From: Azolla caroliniana
Taxonomy: Eukaryota > Plantae > Polypodiophyta
NCBI GenBank assembly: GCA_043228905.1
Contig: JBHGNT010000021.1
Location: forward strand, 2,046,001 to 2,110,000
Length of the DNA stretch: 64,000 nucleotides
Reading direction: 5' to 3'
Below the pieces are notes generated by a model. It had not been told where the DNA came from. It did no database searches and saw only the letters and a program-made list of their open reading frames with translations. A program made the position numbers and the translations under genes. Shown here piece after piece: positions 37,301 through 49,625 of this stretch. The stretch's first letter is position 1; each line of letters opens with the position of its first letter.

Positions 37301-40300
37301 TTATTTAAATTTTTAATTGGTCGAACTATGCTAGCAAGGTGCTCAAGCGGTCATGATATCCTTTCAGGAATCAATCAATGAAAATATGTGCTTTGAGGAT
37401 GCCACGATCATGGTTATTATCCTTCAGATCAAGTTACATAGAAAGAGCCTACAAGGGACATTAAGACAGCTTTGAATCCACTAAGATAGAGAGCATTCAT
37501 AAACATTGTTAGCATCAGCCGCACATCCTTCAACATAGAACTGAGAATATCATGAACAATTAGAACCATATTACCATAGACCGAGAGAACTAGAGCCATT
37601 TCTCTTTATCATGGATTGTCACCGATGCCAACCAGAACCATGCCTCCGATGTGCATATCTTCTCAAGATCAAAGCCATCATAACACAGCATCAAAGACTA
37701 CCTTCTCATCCCACTGACTTTTCCATATTTGATTAGCCCACGAGGATAATTTCAAAGGACAGAATTTTCAGTTCCAATGATGAAGCACCAAACTTGATTG
37801 TTACTTGCCCACGATCATACACATTTTGGCCATTTAATTATAGGAAGCTAGCATAGAAAGTCATTTTTCTTTGTGTTTTTATGTTTCATATGCTATTATG
37901 GCCTTTTGGAGATATTACTATATCTTTCTTGTTTTCTCCACATATCATTCACATTAGAGTAAGAGGGCATTCCTCATGTCATTATACAACGGCATTCATC
38001 ATCCTCCATCAGGACTGCCAAAAGTCCCTACATTTTGAATTATGCTATGATGGATATCCTAAAAATATCAAACAGCTCATGCTATTTATTTCAGCCTTTT
38101 TTATCAATCTCTTACGAAATACGTTTACATACTTACTGTTCATATGACTATAGGTCTAATAAGTCATGGTAAAATGTAATCCGTTTTCTATTTTGTTGTT
38201 CCCAATGGAAACATGATCACTTTTTATTGTTTGGCTGCATAGGCTTGTGAAGTCTGAGAATGTTAATATGAGCTTCTTTATAATTTGGTTTCGGCCTACC
38301 ATTGCTCCACCTGGTCATGCCAACATCCTTTCAAAATGTTCTCTGTTGTGCATGAAATCTCTTCAGTCCATATAAGCCTGTATGTTCCCTTTACCATAAA
38401 GTTATCTCAGTAAACATCCTTGGTATACTACATTGCTTTTTACCTATCACCAACCTTTAGTGATGGTTGTCATTTATTATCCATTTTGAAAAATGGTTTT
38501 TTTTCTTTTACGAAAATGTAATCACTATAAATGTAAAGATAGAGGCATACTTCCCTTGAGGAAGACGAAGATCTACAACATATTTTTGGCCGCCTGCATG
38601 AACTGATTTGATTGGTTCATTCCATCCACCCCTAAAATCTCCTACAAGGAGTACTTCTTCTCCCTGTGTTAGCCAGAGAAAGAGGCAATCATTAAAAAGT
38701 TAATTTTGTCTCAAAATAAAACTTTGGGACACAATTCTAGCTTTATCATTTTATTATCCACAGGTCAGGATTGTTTGGAACTCTGAAAATACATTTGTGC
38801 TTAAACATATTACATCATATCATTAATCATAGGATAAGAGTGGCAGGTGATCGTTACCAATGAGCCTCTCCAAAAATAATGTCTAAATGTAAGCGTGAAC
38901 ATCAAAGGAAGATTTACCTCTTTGCAACCATGATTCCAAACAAACTGAACTGAATGAGTTGCAGGGCCCTTGTGGTTGCCTTTCTCAGTCATTGCAACAA
39001 GATCCCAGGTTGCCCACACCAAAGCTGGCCTGTAATTCAGATATTCCATCTCATTAACTGATACTCAAACTCACTATTGCAGCAACCAACTGGATTGGAA
39101 ACTCCCTTTTAAAATATGGCCCAATTAATATTTGGTATTTAGGATATATTCCTTGGATATATAAAGAACTAGCATTTAGTACCAAGATACCCTTTTTGGC
39201 GTTCTAAATTATCTTTGAACATATCCCTACATCACACAAATGAGCACTGACCAGTTTTCCAAATCTTACAATGCATATTTGTGGATGCCTTAAACAGGGC
39301 GTTACATTAACCGTACAAAATATCCATCAGGATATCTGGATAGTACCCCCACCTCAGGACCATAATTTCTAACAAAACTTTAATTGGTTCAAACGAGCTA
39401 CAAATATAATGCATGCATCCTTTTTATAATTTTGGATTGAACCACACAGAGAACAAAATTAAATAAAATCCACCAAAGCATGAAACACAAACCTATCTGG
39501 ACCACAAGGATGTAAGCTCTGGATAAAATCAAAAGCATCTGGTAGCGAAACATCCCGTATCCAATGCAGATATGCAATCACACAAGCAGGTGATCGTTCT
39601 AGCCCAGTTGTACAAGTCACAAAGACACGATGCTCTTGCCGAAGAAGACGATACAGCACAGCAATAGCAGAAGGAAGCTTTCTTCGAAGGTCAACCGGAT
39701 CTACCTCCCTTGAAAATAAAACGTTTACAGTTAAAATTCTATTCACTAATGTATTTGAATAAAGGAGCTAAATTTATTTACCTTATCGGGTAGTCTATTG
39801 CTAGCACACCATCCTTTTCTAATGCTTGTTTGATGGATTCTCCATCAATCCCCCAGTTTTCCTGTTCGCTTCTACATTGGAAATTGAGAACTGCAGTGAT
39901 ATTCTGCAAAATAAATGGGGATATTCATCATACTTGACTAAACTTCATTTCATATAATATATTTCAGATCCAATTTCTTGTATAAATGTGATTGTAGATC
40001 CATACGGCAGATCTGACACAAGATGAGTATGGTATAACCCATAAATATTTGCAAGAACTCTTTACAAAAATTCATTTCCCATACAAAGAGCTTTATACAA
40101 TCGTTGTGGGGGATGAACATAAAGGTGAAATAGACCAGCTAATATACCTAGGACTCCCGCAGCTATGTGGTGCGAAGCTATGCTCCTGGAATGAAAGGGT
40201 TAAACCCTTTATATTACATAAGCTCATAACTTATAGAATGATTATCATTCTCAAAGATGAGGCGCATTTCATAGGCTGCTTTGGCCTCTTAAAAGACATT

Positions 40301-43300
40301 ATTATTGTTCTTCTAATCTTTATTTTGATAAGCAGTGCCTTTGGGATGAAAAGGTTATTAAAAATCAGTTCTTTGCATCAAAGATATTAAATTTTCTTTA
40401 AAATGAATCCAGCATTAAAATATGGACAAAGAGAAGTCAAATTTAGTAAAATTAGTCAACTAGCATACTATGTGGTGCGAAGCTATGCTCCTGGAATGAA
40501 AGGGTTAAACCCTTTATATTACATAAGCTCATAACTTATAGAATGATTATCATTCTCAAAGATGAGGCGCATTTCATAGGCTGCTTTGGCCTCTTAAAAG
40601 ACATTATTATTGTTCTTCTAATCTTTCTTTTGATAAGCAGTGCCTTTGGGATGAAAAGGTTATTAAAAATCAGTTCTTTGCATCAAAGATATTACATTTT
40701 CTTTAAAATGAATCCAGCATTAAAATATGGACAAAGAGAAGTCAAATTTAGTAAAATTAGTCAACTAGCATACTATGGAATTCCTTGGTAACTAGCATAC
40801 TACGTAACACAACAGAAATGTGGCATGGTAGAATAATTCTTAGTTCAATTGTAACAAAGATAAATGTCGAAATAAAAAAGCAGTAATACTTAAAGTCAAG
40901 TGAATAAAGAAGAATGTCTATGTTATTTGCCCATTAAAATTATTATATTGTGATTTTATAACAAATGTAAAAGTGTAACTGGACATAAATGTGTCACATT
41001 ATTAACTAACCAGATCTTTGGCAAGAACCTGAACATCACCCACAGTCTGTATGCATGACCCAACATATAGTTCTCCTGTTATCTGTGCGATTTAGCGCAA
41101 TCAGCACAATAGAGTTTTAAATTTTGTGGTTAAACTCTTAACATTTAATGATTCACCTTTGTTACTTGCATTCCAAGTGAATGGTTGTAGCACAAATCTT
41201 TCTCTGCCCGTTTAACTGCCATAGTATAATCCTCCAAAGAGAAGTCGCCATGGCTCCATTCTACATTTGCATTCATCTCTTCATCACTAAAACATGCAAG
41301 AACATCTGAGGAAGACTCATGTCCCTTATAACCATTTTCCATTCGTTGAAAATATCCATTCTTCTCTTTTGTGAAGGCTCTACATTTTGCCAAAGTCTTT
41401 AAACCATTTGATCGTAAAAATCGAGAAGAAAATGTCAAAAGACCTACTTTGCCTTCATTTTTTGCATCAGTTCTAAAATTCTCTGAATCACTTGTTGAAT
41501 AATCTCCATTCCAGGTGACAAAAGAAACCTTTCCAATGTTAAAGGGAGCTTCATGTACTCCTGAAATACTCTGAATATCAGCTGGTGAAGAAGGCCGCTC
41601 AAGAACCAAACTCACTGGTCCATTGCGTTTCTTGATAGCATTCCTATCAGAAAGAAAACAATCATTTCACAATATGAGGGAATTAGATTTTGTATATTCT
41701 GAAAATTGATGAAAATATTTTTCCATTATGAGTAATAGACACACAATTCGGCATTCATGATAGTAGTGATTATTGTCAGTCAGATGGGTTAACACTTTAC
41801 GGTGCAACATTCAATGAAAGACATAATACCTATCTTTTCCCCCTATATAGTTTATGGTCTTCTTGAGGATCTTTGACACAAGGATTCAAGGGTTGGAGCT
41901 TCCTATCAAAGAGGGGGCAAAGTTCTTGATTTCCTGCAAGTAAATGACATTGATCTCTATGCATATGATGACAAGTATGTTGGAGAAGCTCAACCTCCCC
42001 TTCCAACTTTCTTGCAAGGTGGATAATTCTCTTGTCAACTACAAGTCATTTGATTTTGTTATAGACAAAAGACTCCCACAAATTAAGGCTTCTAGCAGGT
42101 CGGACAATAAATTGTAATTACACATTTAAGAGATGAAGCCCAATAAATTGTAATTACACATCATAATCAGTCCAATAAATTGAGTCAGCTAGAAGATGAT
42201 GTGCTTCGGAACATGTTCTCTGTTAGTGATATTGGTAATCAACTATGAGCTCACTACGAAAGTATGGTTTGTGGCTTTCAGTTGTTGCTTAATAATGGAT
42301 ACACCTTCCTCTCTGGCAGTTTGTACACAACTTCCTCTGCTTAAGCTCATATGGAAACAGAGAATCTCATCAAGCATTTTACAGCATCCATTGTATCGAT
42401 ACTGAGTTTAACTCCGCTAAATATAGAGTGGGAACTTATTTAAATGGTGTCTCCCTCGCTCCACCTTGTAGGAAAACTTGGTATGTATGTCTAGAGCCAT
42501 ACCATTTAATTCTTCACGAGGCTCCAAACATTCACATACAATATTAGGCAGGTCATAGGCAGGCCTCTGACCTTAGTAGAGAATGGCCAACAAAAAGGAT
42601 CTTGCTTCCTTGTCCAATGGGTTATATGAAAGTGAGGTTATGCTCACCAGTTCTAGATTTGGACCTGGGCATACATAACGATTGCTGGTGGCGAGGCTAA
42701 TATGGTTGTTGGATCTCTTAATTGTGTAATTTGTTAATCAACAGAATGCAAGAGTTTGAACTTGAGGACTCAGCACAAGTTGCACCCATAGTTCATAACA
42801 ATCACTTTCCATGCATCTTTGGTCTTTGAATGACTTTGTTTAGTGGGTCAACGCCTTGTATGATGAGGCAGCAGAATTGCCTCCATATTTCATAAATAAT
42901 AGTACAATGAGAAATATAGAATTCCTCTCAGTCCACATCCTGCTGGCACAATTGATAAATCTGTTCTTTCATGTATGTGCGGCTGGGTGCGCATGTGTGA
43001 TCTTTTCTCAATCTCTAATTGATCGAAAGACATCTTGATTTACCCTATCTATAGAACGCTTGCAATAGATGTGTGTCCATATAAGACGGCCTAATGATAA
43101 ATCCCTACTGTCACGTGTAAAAAGAAAGTATTATAGTGGGCCACCTTCCTACCCACAGCCGTTCTACGGCTGATCCATTTTCTTTCATTATCCAATTTGA
43201 TCGAGTCAATTCAGATCACTCTATTCTTTTCCACTTTGGTCATATTAAAATGTGGTCAATCAAAGGTATATTGGAATGAGGAAGTGCATCTATATTATGC

Positions 43301-46187
43301 ATGTGTTTGTAACCATTCTTGCATTTCAATATGCCAACAATGATTATCTCCATGCCAATCTTGACTACCTTTTCTTTAGGAGTTCTCAAATCCATTGAAT
43401 ACTATTGCTGATCAGAATATTTCCCTAATCACTTTTGGTGCTGCTCCAATCTTCGCCCAGATTATATCATGTGGCCTTGATGCTTTGCTTTATATCATGC
43501 AGGCTATCATTGAGACTAAAGATCTCTCCAAATCTGTCCAATTATGTACTCTATGAGGCCAAAAGTTACATCCATGTGAATCTTATAGAATCGGCTAAAA
43601 TGAGAGGCTGGATCAAGATAATTCCAATTTATTGAGATAATAAAGGGAGGAGAGGCAGACAAAAAGATTGGTAATGAAGCTGGATCGAGATATTTTAAAA
43701 AAATTGAGATGAAAGGGCAGTCAAAAAGATTGGCAATGAGGGTGGTTTTCCTTCAACAACTTCTTCATATGCCTCTTGAGTTCTAGCAAGAACAGTTCCA
43801 TGCAGCGTTAATCTTCATATTTCATTACCTTGCATAGTGGGCCAAAACCTGGTATGAAGCAGTTGTGGTATCTCCCTCTTATTTCATGGAGACAGCACAA
43901 TATCAAACATAGTGTTCCTCCAATTCCACTCTACAATTGGAAAATCTGTTCTTCAACCTTTACACGCATATCTGTCTACACCAATCTCTAGCTGATGTGA
44001 AGAGGTTTTGAGTGGCTCTATCACACTACAAAGCACATGGAATAGATGAGTATTCATGTGAGAAGGGACTGATGATAAATCCATCCTGCAACATGTGTAA
44101 AAAGAGGAACTCATAGTGGGCCCGGATTAATCATGTCATACCTATGCTTTGCTCTTACAATGTGGACAATCGTTGAGACAAATGTCTGTCCTATTATGTG
44201 CTCTACAACAGCTCAGTTCCCAAGTTTCCTCCGTATGAAGAGTTAAAACTGTATTAGACAACCATAATTTAATTTGTGGTTCTTGGAACCATATGTGCAC
44301 AATTTCTTCCAAGAAATCAAGGACTCCACATTCACAAGAAGGTCGAGAAAAGGAAGCCTCCCATAGGGAGATGACACCCCATGAATGTTACTCCTAGATA
44401 TGTGTAGGATTGTGTGTATGCCACCTTTTCCTGTCCCAAGAAGACTTTTATCTCTAAAGTTATTGTCCATGCTTGTGCGATGAGAAAATTACAGTTGTTT
44501 ATGTTAACTCTTCAATGTGAGTAACAGAAAAAATGTCGTTCTAGTCTAGGTCTCTAAAGCTAAATGTTTTAAAATACACAGACAATTGTGGATTTGCTTT
44601 CCCAGATAAAGTAGTCAATTCTTGCTTCCAGGACTTCCATCTTTGGGCATAACTACTAAGTTACTTGGCATAATTGTCCTCTGAATATAGAACAAGCAAC
44701 ATCATCTACAATATCATGAAGGAGGTTTCTATCCTGTGCTGGGTTTAGGACAGCGTCATGCAGCAAGTATTAGAGCCGGAAAATACCAACATATAAATAG
44801 AAAATTGTTGTGAGACAACTGCGCAAGTATATCTGGGATGGTCTCTCTTCAAAGTAAGCAGCAGCAAGATTTCCTCCAATTCCAAGTCCTTGCAAAGCTT
44901 CAGACATCAATAATGAATTGTTCATTTTCACTGAGGTTATGTGCTCGGATTCACATAAGTGAAAAGTCTGCTGCAAAGATCCAAAGAATATTACTAGGCT
45001 AGAAAGAAAGATATATTAACGTCTTTTAAGAGGCCAAAATGGCCTATAAGACCGAATAAGAGATTACATCTTAAATGTTTTCTCGTCTTTGAGAACAAAT
45101 CAAAATAAAGTAAATATTACACAATAAATATAAAAGTAAATAAGATGAAGAGAAAAGAGACGAGAGAATCTGGTTTTTGGCACATGCGAGATTCTCAAGT
45201 TAGGTGTATTGTAGCCTTTGTCTCCGAAAGGTCTCTATCATAGGTCGATCTAGAATGGAAATGTCTCCAAAGCGAGGGAAGCACCTACGATGGCGGGAGA
45301 TAATGGCTTTTATTTGTCGATGACAAGGGTGTCGGGGTCGTGGTCCATGGGGCCAGGGCCTACGTGCACGGCAAATTGCCATTGCCCGATCAATCGTAAC
45401 CCCTTTGTTTCTTCTGCCGCTTGTTTCTTTGGCTGACAATGAGGTTTGTTGTGTTGGTTGGGTATGAAATCTTCACCAGGATTTCTAATTGCATTCTATT
45501 ATTCATATAGTTACAATACATCTAACTTGAGGATCTCACATGTGCCGAAAACCAGTTCCCCTTGTCTCTTTTTATCTTATTTACTTTTATATTTACAGAG
45601 TAATATTTATTTTGATTTGTTGATTTGTTGTTCTCAAAGAAGAGACAACACTTAAGATGTAATCTCTTGTTGGGTCTTATTGGCCATTTTGGCCTCTTAA
45701 AAGACGTTAATATTTCTTTCTTTCTTTCTTTCTTTTGTGTCGAAGATCTCTCCATTTTGGATTGACCTGTGCAAGAGACCTTTCAAAGATGAAACTTCCA
45801 ATCTATCTGATTTGAGAGTCTTACATGCATTGATAACAAGGGTCTTTAGTTGTTTTTTATTTTATTTACTTTTTTACTTGGTTACATTTATTTTCGTTTG
45901 TTCTAAAAGACCGGACAATATTTGAAGATACAATCTCTTTTTTGTTCTTATAGGCCATTTTAACCTCTTAAAAAGAGGTTACTATCTCTTTCTTCTGTAG
46001 TTCTCTGAAATGGATGTGTAAGTTTTATGCTTGAAACAAAGGACAATTTGTTGAATTTTTTAGTGAATTAGAGATGTCACAGAAAAGATTTATCCAGCAA
46101 GATAATATGCCATATATTTCAGCATGCTTTGGTTATTTTCAAATTCTTCATTAGCTTGAAGATATATATGTATGTATGTATGTATAT

Positions 46188-46220
<33 letters not shown>

Positions 46221-48663
46221 ATACATATATATATACATATACTTGTTGGATATAATCAATGATCAAACCCAAGTTGTCAATTTATCCCCACATGTACTCT
46301 TAAGAGTGCACATTTTGTGATAGCACCTCAAATGAGGAGTAGCTATTGTATAACCCGAGCATATGGGTCAATAAGGTGTCAATGTAGGAAACCATAGATG
46401 AGTAGGACAAAATGTATTTAGGAAAGAGGGAAGTATAATAATAGGATTGACTAGTCAAATCAACTAGAAGAATATTTTGTGGGAAAGTTACGATGTGCTA
46501 AGTCTTGAAGTATGTGCCATTGACTTTAAGATAAGTACTATCTAGCACTAGCTTGTATCTAGGGAGCTGGGTCATATTAAATGACAAGTCTATTAACAAA
46601 AAAGGAATATCTCCACTACTATCAACTAACTTGCACATTTAATGTTACACTAAGACCAAACAAAGAATATAATCCACTCTCTCTATCTCTTACATAGTGG
46701 CTATGACTATTATTTATCCCCACTAATTTAGATACCATCTAAATTAGCTGGTCCAGATCCCATCTAAGCTCTGAGGTGTGAGTGCATGGGTTGACTACCA
46801 TTGCGAGCTACTCTCATATGTAATAGAAAGTTTGTTTTCATATATACATCTCTGTGATTGTAACTCTATATGCCTATCTAATCTATTCTCGATATATCTA
46901 ACAATACTTTATTCACAAACTACATTTTGGCTCCATTCTTTCAGACATAAAATCTATGCTAACTATCACGGAGTTCAATTCCCTCCTCAAATAACCTTGA
47001 TTTATAATGTTTCTCTCTAGAAATATATTGTTCAATTCATCTGAAGCATTTCCTTTCAGTTGCAGATGGATGTCTTCATTGGATTTATCTTCAGCATGAA
47101 GATATACCTGGAACTATAGGTTGCGTATAAAGATATTGATGATCTCTTTTTAAGAGCACAAATATTTCACTATCGACCAAAATGAGGCAATAAGCAATCA
47201 ATTCAACACCGTAAATTATTTCGTACAGGAAAACATACATACACTGTTCGGCTGAAATCATCAGCATCCCACATTTCCTCGCCAAATACAGCACTGACCT
47301 TCTTGAGTATATCACCAACCATCACCATTTTCGATCTTTCTGCATTACCCTACGTAAATATAACCAGAATGTCAGTGAGACAAGTACTCACACCATTTCT
47401 GAATTTTGTCTAAGCATGAGAACAAAGACAAATCTAATGAGAAGAGTCCTGATTGACAGCAAGGCCATAGATTACAGACTAAATCCAGCGATATGCATTG
47501 CAATTCGGAGATGCAATGGAGCACTTTGTACTAAACCCACAGTATGGATGCTGCAATGGAGACTCATATTCATACTCTTCTTAGAGAAAAATTGAGGTAA
47601 GAGAATAGTTCAGGACTACAAAACTAACTATGTTTCTCTTTAAAAAGAAAGCATTTGCAATAGAGAGACTTTGAAGTGCATTTTTTCTTTGCAAAATGTT
47701 TACACTAACTGGGCTTATGACATCAGAGTCATCACCTTTATATTTCTTCAATATTTGGGGCTTGGATGAGACAATGAGTACTTTACATAATAAGTAATGG
47801 AACTTTTTACAACTTTACATAATGTTAAATTATAAAAATCAAGTAATGGAACTACATAATGCATTTTGGCCTCTGATAAAGACGAAAATTAGTTTCCATG
47901 GCATTCCTTCTGTAACTTCCCAACCATATTTACATTACACACAATTATAAATGGAATTTGATAGTGAAACTTCATAAATGCCTTCTACATAATATGATAC
48001 GTGAAAAACTGGTATCAACACTTTGTGATGCATTTTTGGCTCCTCTGATAAGATGAAGATGAAATTTCACATTCACTCATATTATACAACACATGGAATC
48101 AGATATCAAAACTTTGTGATGCATTATCAATCTGATAAAAGAAATCAGGCATCAACACTATCTAGCGCATTTCTCCCTCTTGATAAAATTGATGAAGATG
48201 AACTAACTGTATGAATGTATTGTATTCCAGTACCAAAAACTTATAAGGCATTTTCTTACTTCTTGAAAAAGGCGAAGATGAACTAAATTTCATGAATAAT
48301 ATTCTGAATAGGTTTGAATTTCCTTCTTACTTTTTTAGCAAGTGCTTCCACATAAAATTGTCCATCAATTGTATGTGCGAAACGGATGCCTATTGGCTTA
48401 TCAAGAGTGAGCATATATTCGTTGATGTTGATTTTGTATGTATTTCCTTCGACTCCATATCTAGAACGCACCAAAGGAATATTTACAGTTCTGATAATTC
48501 TGCATAGAGTAGAGGAACTCTTTAAACAGATCTTATTTGTAGAACTAGACATCACTGAGCTACCGCTTCTGATGAAGAGAAGACCAGTGTACGAAGGAAT
48601 ACGGGCGACGCTTCCTGCCGTACATCTGGTGCGTGAAGAGAGCTGGGGATTGAAGCTAGCCAT
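34380..48663 (-). CDS. LSF1: Phosphoglucan phosphatase-like LSF1 (transit peptide, PDZ-like, DSP, CBM48), 612 aa
   Basis: Exons 48663-48331, 47349-47243, 41643-41157, 41082-41011, 39903-39782, 39708-39493, 39029-38918, 38663-38551, 36231-36078, 34502-34380 (GT-AG, 1839 nt). Motifs [92 protein letters not shown]. Confidence 0.93.
34640..35180 (+). mobile_element. 5'-truncated non-LTR retroelement-like copy (LSF1-intron family) with a TTTC-rich tail
   Basis: Shares the KGVTxDxAxAIC..FGDI.ILD ORF end and GGCCATTTTGGCCTCTTAAAAGA 3' end with other copies in LSF1 introns. Confidence 0.65.
36520..36860 (+). mobile_element. RTE-like LINE 3' fragment
   Basis: Reads [30 protein letters not shown], typical of the RTE C-terminus. 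Confidence 0.65.
36862..37110 (+). mobile_element. 5'-truncated copy of the LSF1-intron retroelement family
   Basis: GGAGATCTCTCCATTCTAGATTGACCTATG..TTGTTTGGTCTTATAG..TTTCTTTCT. Confidence 0.65.
40163..40775. repeat. 305-bp near-perfect tandem duplication in LSF1 intron 4
   Basis: CTATGTGGTGCGAAGC..CAACTAGCATACTATG at 40163 and 40468. Each copy carries the 3' tip of the intronic retroelement family. Confidence 0.92.
43840..44230 (-). mobile_element. RTE-like LINE 3' fragment
   Basis: Minus strand reads [15 protein letters not shown] and AATAAGAGGGAGATACCA, homologous to 36660-36830. Confidence 0.6.
45001..45995. mobile_element. Three copies of the LSF1-intron retroelement family: 45001-45440 (-), 45521-45736 (+), 45742-45995 (+)
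   Basis: All share the 3' end GGTCTTAT.GGCCATTTTGGCCTCTTAAAAGA and differ in 5' truncation. 45001-45203 and 45521-45730 form an inverted pair. Confidence 0.75.
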
Positions 48664-48834
48664 AGACAAAGCGCAGAACGAGAAGCGGGAGCGATGGAAT
48701 GGCTCGATCAGAGGTTGTAAGCTTCCATGGAAAACTTCAAATCTACATATGTATGCCTGTGTATTCTACAGCTAACTATCACAAGGCGAAGGGATAAAAC
48801 CTGCAAATAAAATTTTGTAATAGAATCCGCTCCT

Positions 48835-49625
48835 GTATTTTCCGAGATACCCCTCTCTCCTTCAAATTAAAAATCTCTCTCGTGGGAATAGGCCTCTTCA
48901 GCTTGAAAGGTGTTTAACAGGAGGCGACCATCCCAACCAACAAATAACCTAAACCCTAAACCATTCATGTATGCGGGGGTTTGATCCATATTTTCCGAGA
49001 TACCCCTCTCTCCTTTAAATTAAGAATCTCTCTCATGGGCGCCCATCCGCTTCCACTCAGAAAAGGTGTTTAACAGTAGTCGACCACGCCAACCAACAAC
49101 CAACCTAAACCCTAAGCCATAAACCGTTATTCATGTAGGCAGCGTCCATCTGGACCCCATCCCTGTCACCTGCATTGTCGGTGAATCGAGCACAATATCA
49201 TCACTTGCCACCGAAGGTGCATCCCTCACATCGCAAAACTATCCATCTTTACCCATGCTTGAAAAATCATTTCCGAGACAAAAGACTCCTACCCATCTGC
49301 TTGGCTTTTGCTTGCTATAATTCGAGTGTAGTTTCAAGTTGAGGATAGTGTTTAACAGTAGCCAACCAACAACCAACCTAAACCCTAAAACCTAAACCAT
49401 TATTTATGTAGGTAGCGTCCATCTGGACCCCATCCCTGTCCCCTACGTTGTCGACAAATCGAGCGCAATATCGTCACTTGACGCCAATGGCGCTTCCCTC
49501 ACATCACAAAACTATCCATCTTTGCCCATGCTTGAAAAATCATTCCGAAGACAAAACACTCCTACCCATCTTCTTGGCTTTTGCTTGCTATAATTCAAGT
49601 GTAGTTTCGAGTTTAGGAGAGTGTA
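48835..49625. repeat. Mosaic tandem repeats (~155-bp x2 overlapping ~280-bp x2) with telo-boxes upstream of LSF1
   Basis: TATTTTCCGAGATACCCCTCTCTCCT x2, GTGTTTAACAG..AACCTAAACCCTAA x3, GCGTCCATCTGGACCCCATCCCTGTC x2. Confidence 0.85.

Noticed and set aside
44770-44976. ORF as an extra LSF1 exon
   Set aside because: Exon 2 (phase 2) joins exon 3 at 41643 directly to give a continuous PDZ-like sequence, and the ORF shows no LSF1 similarity.
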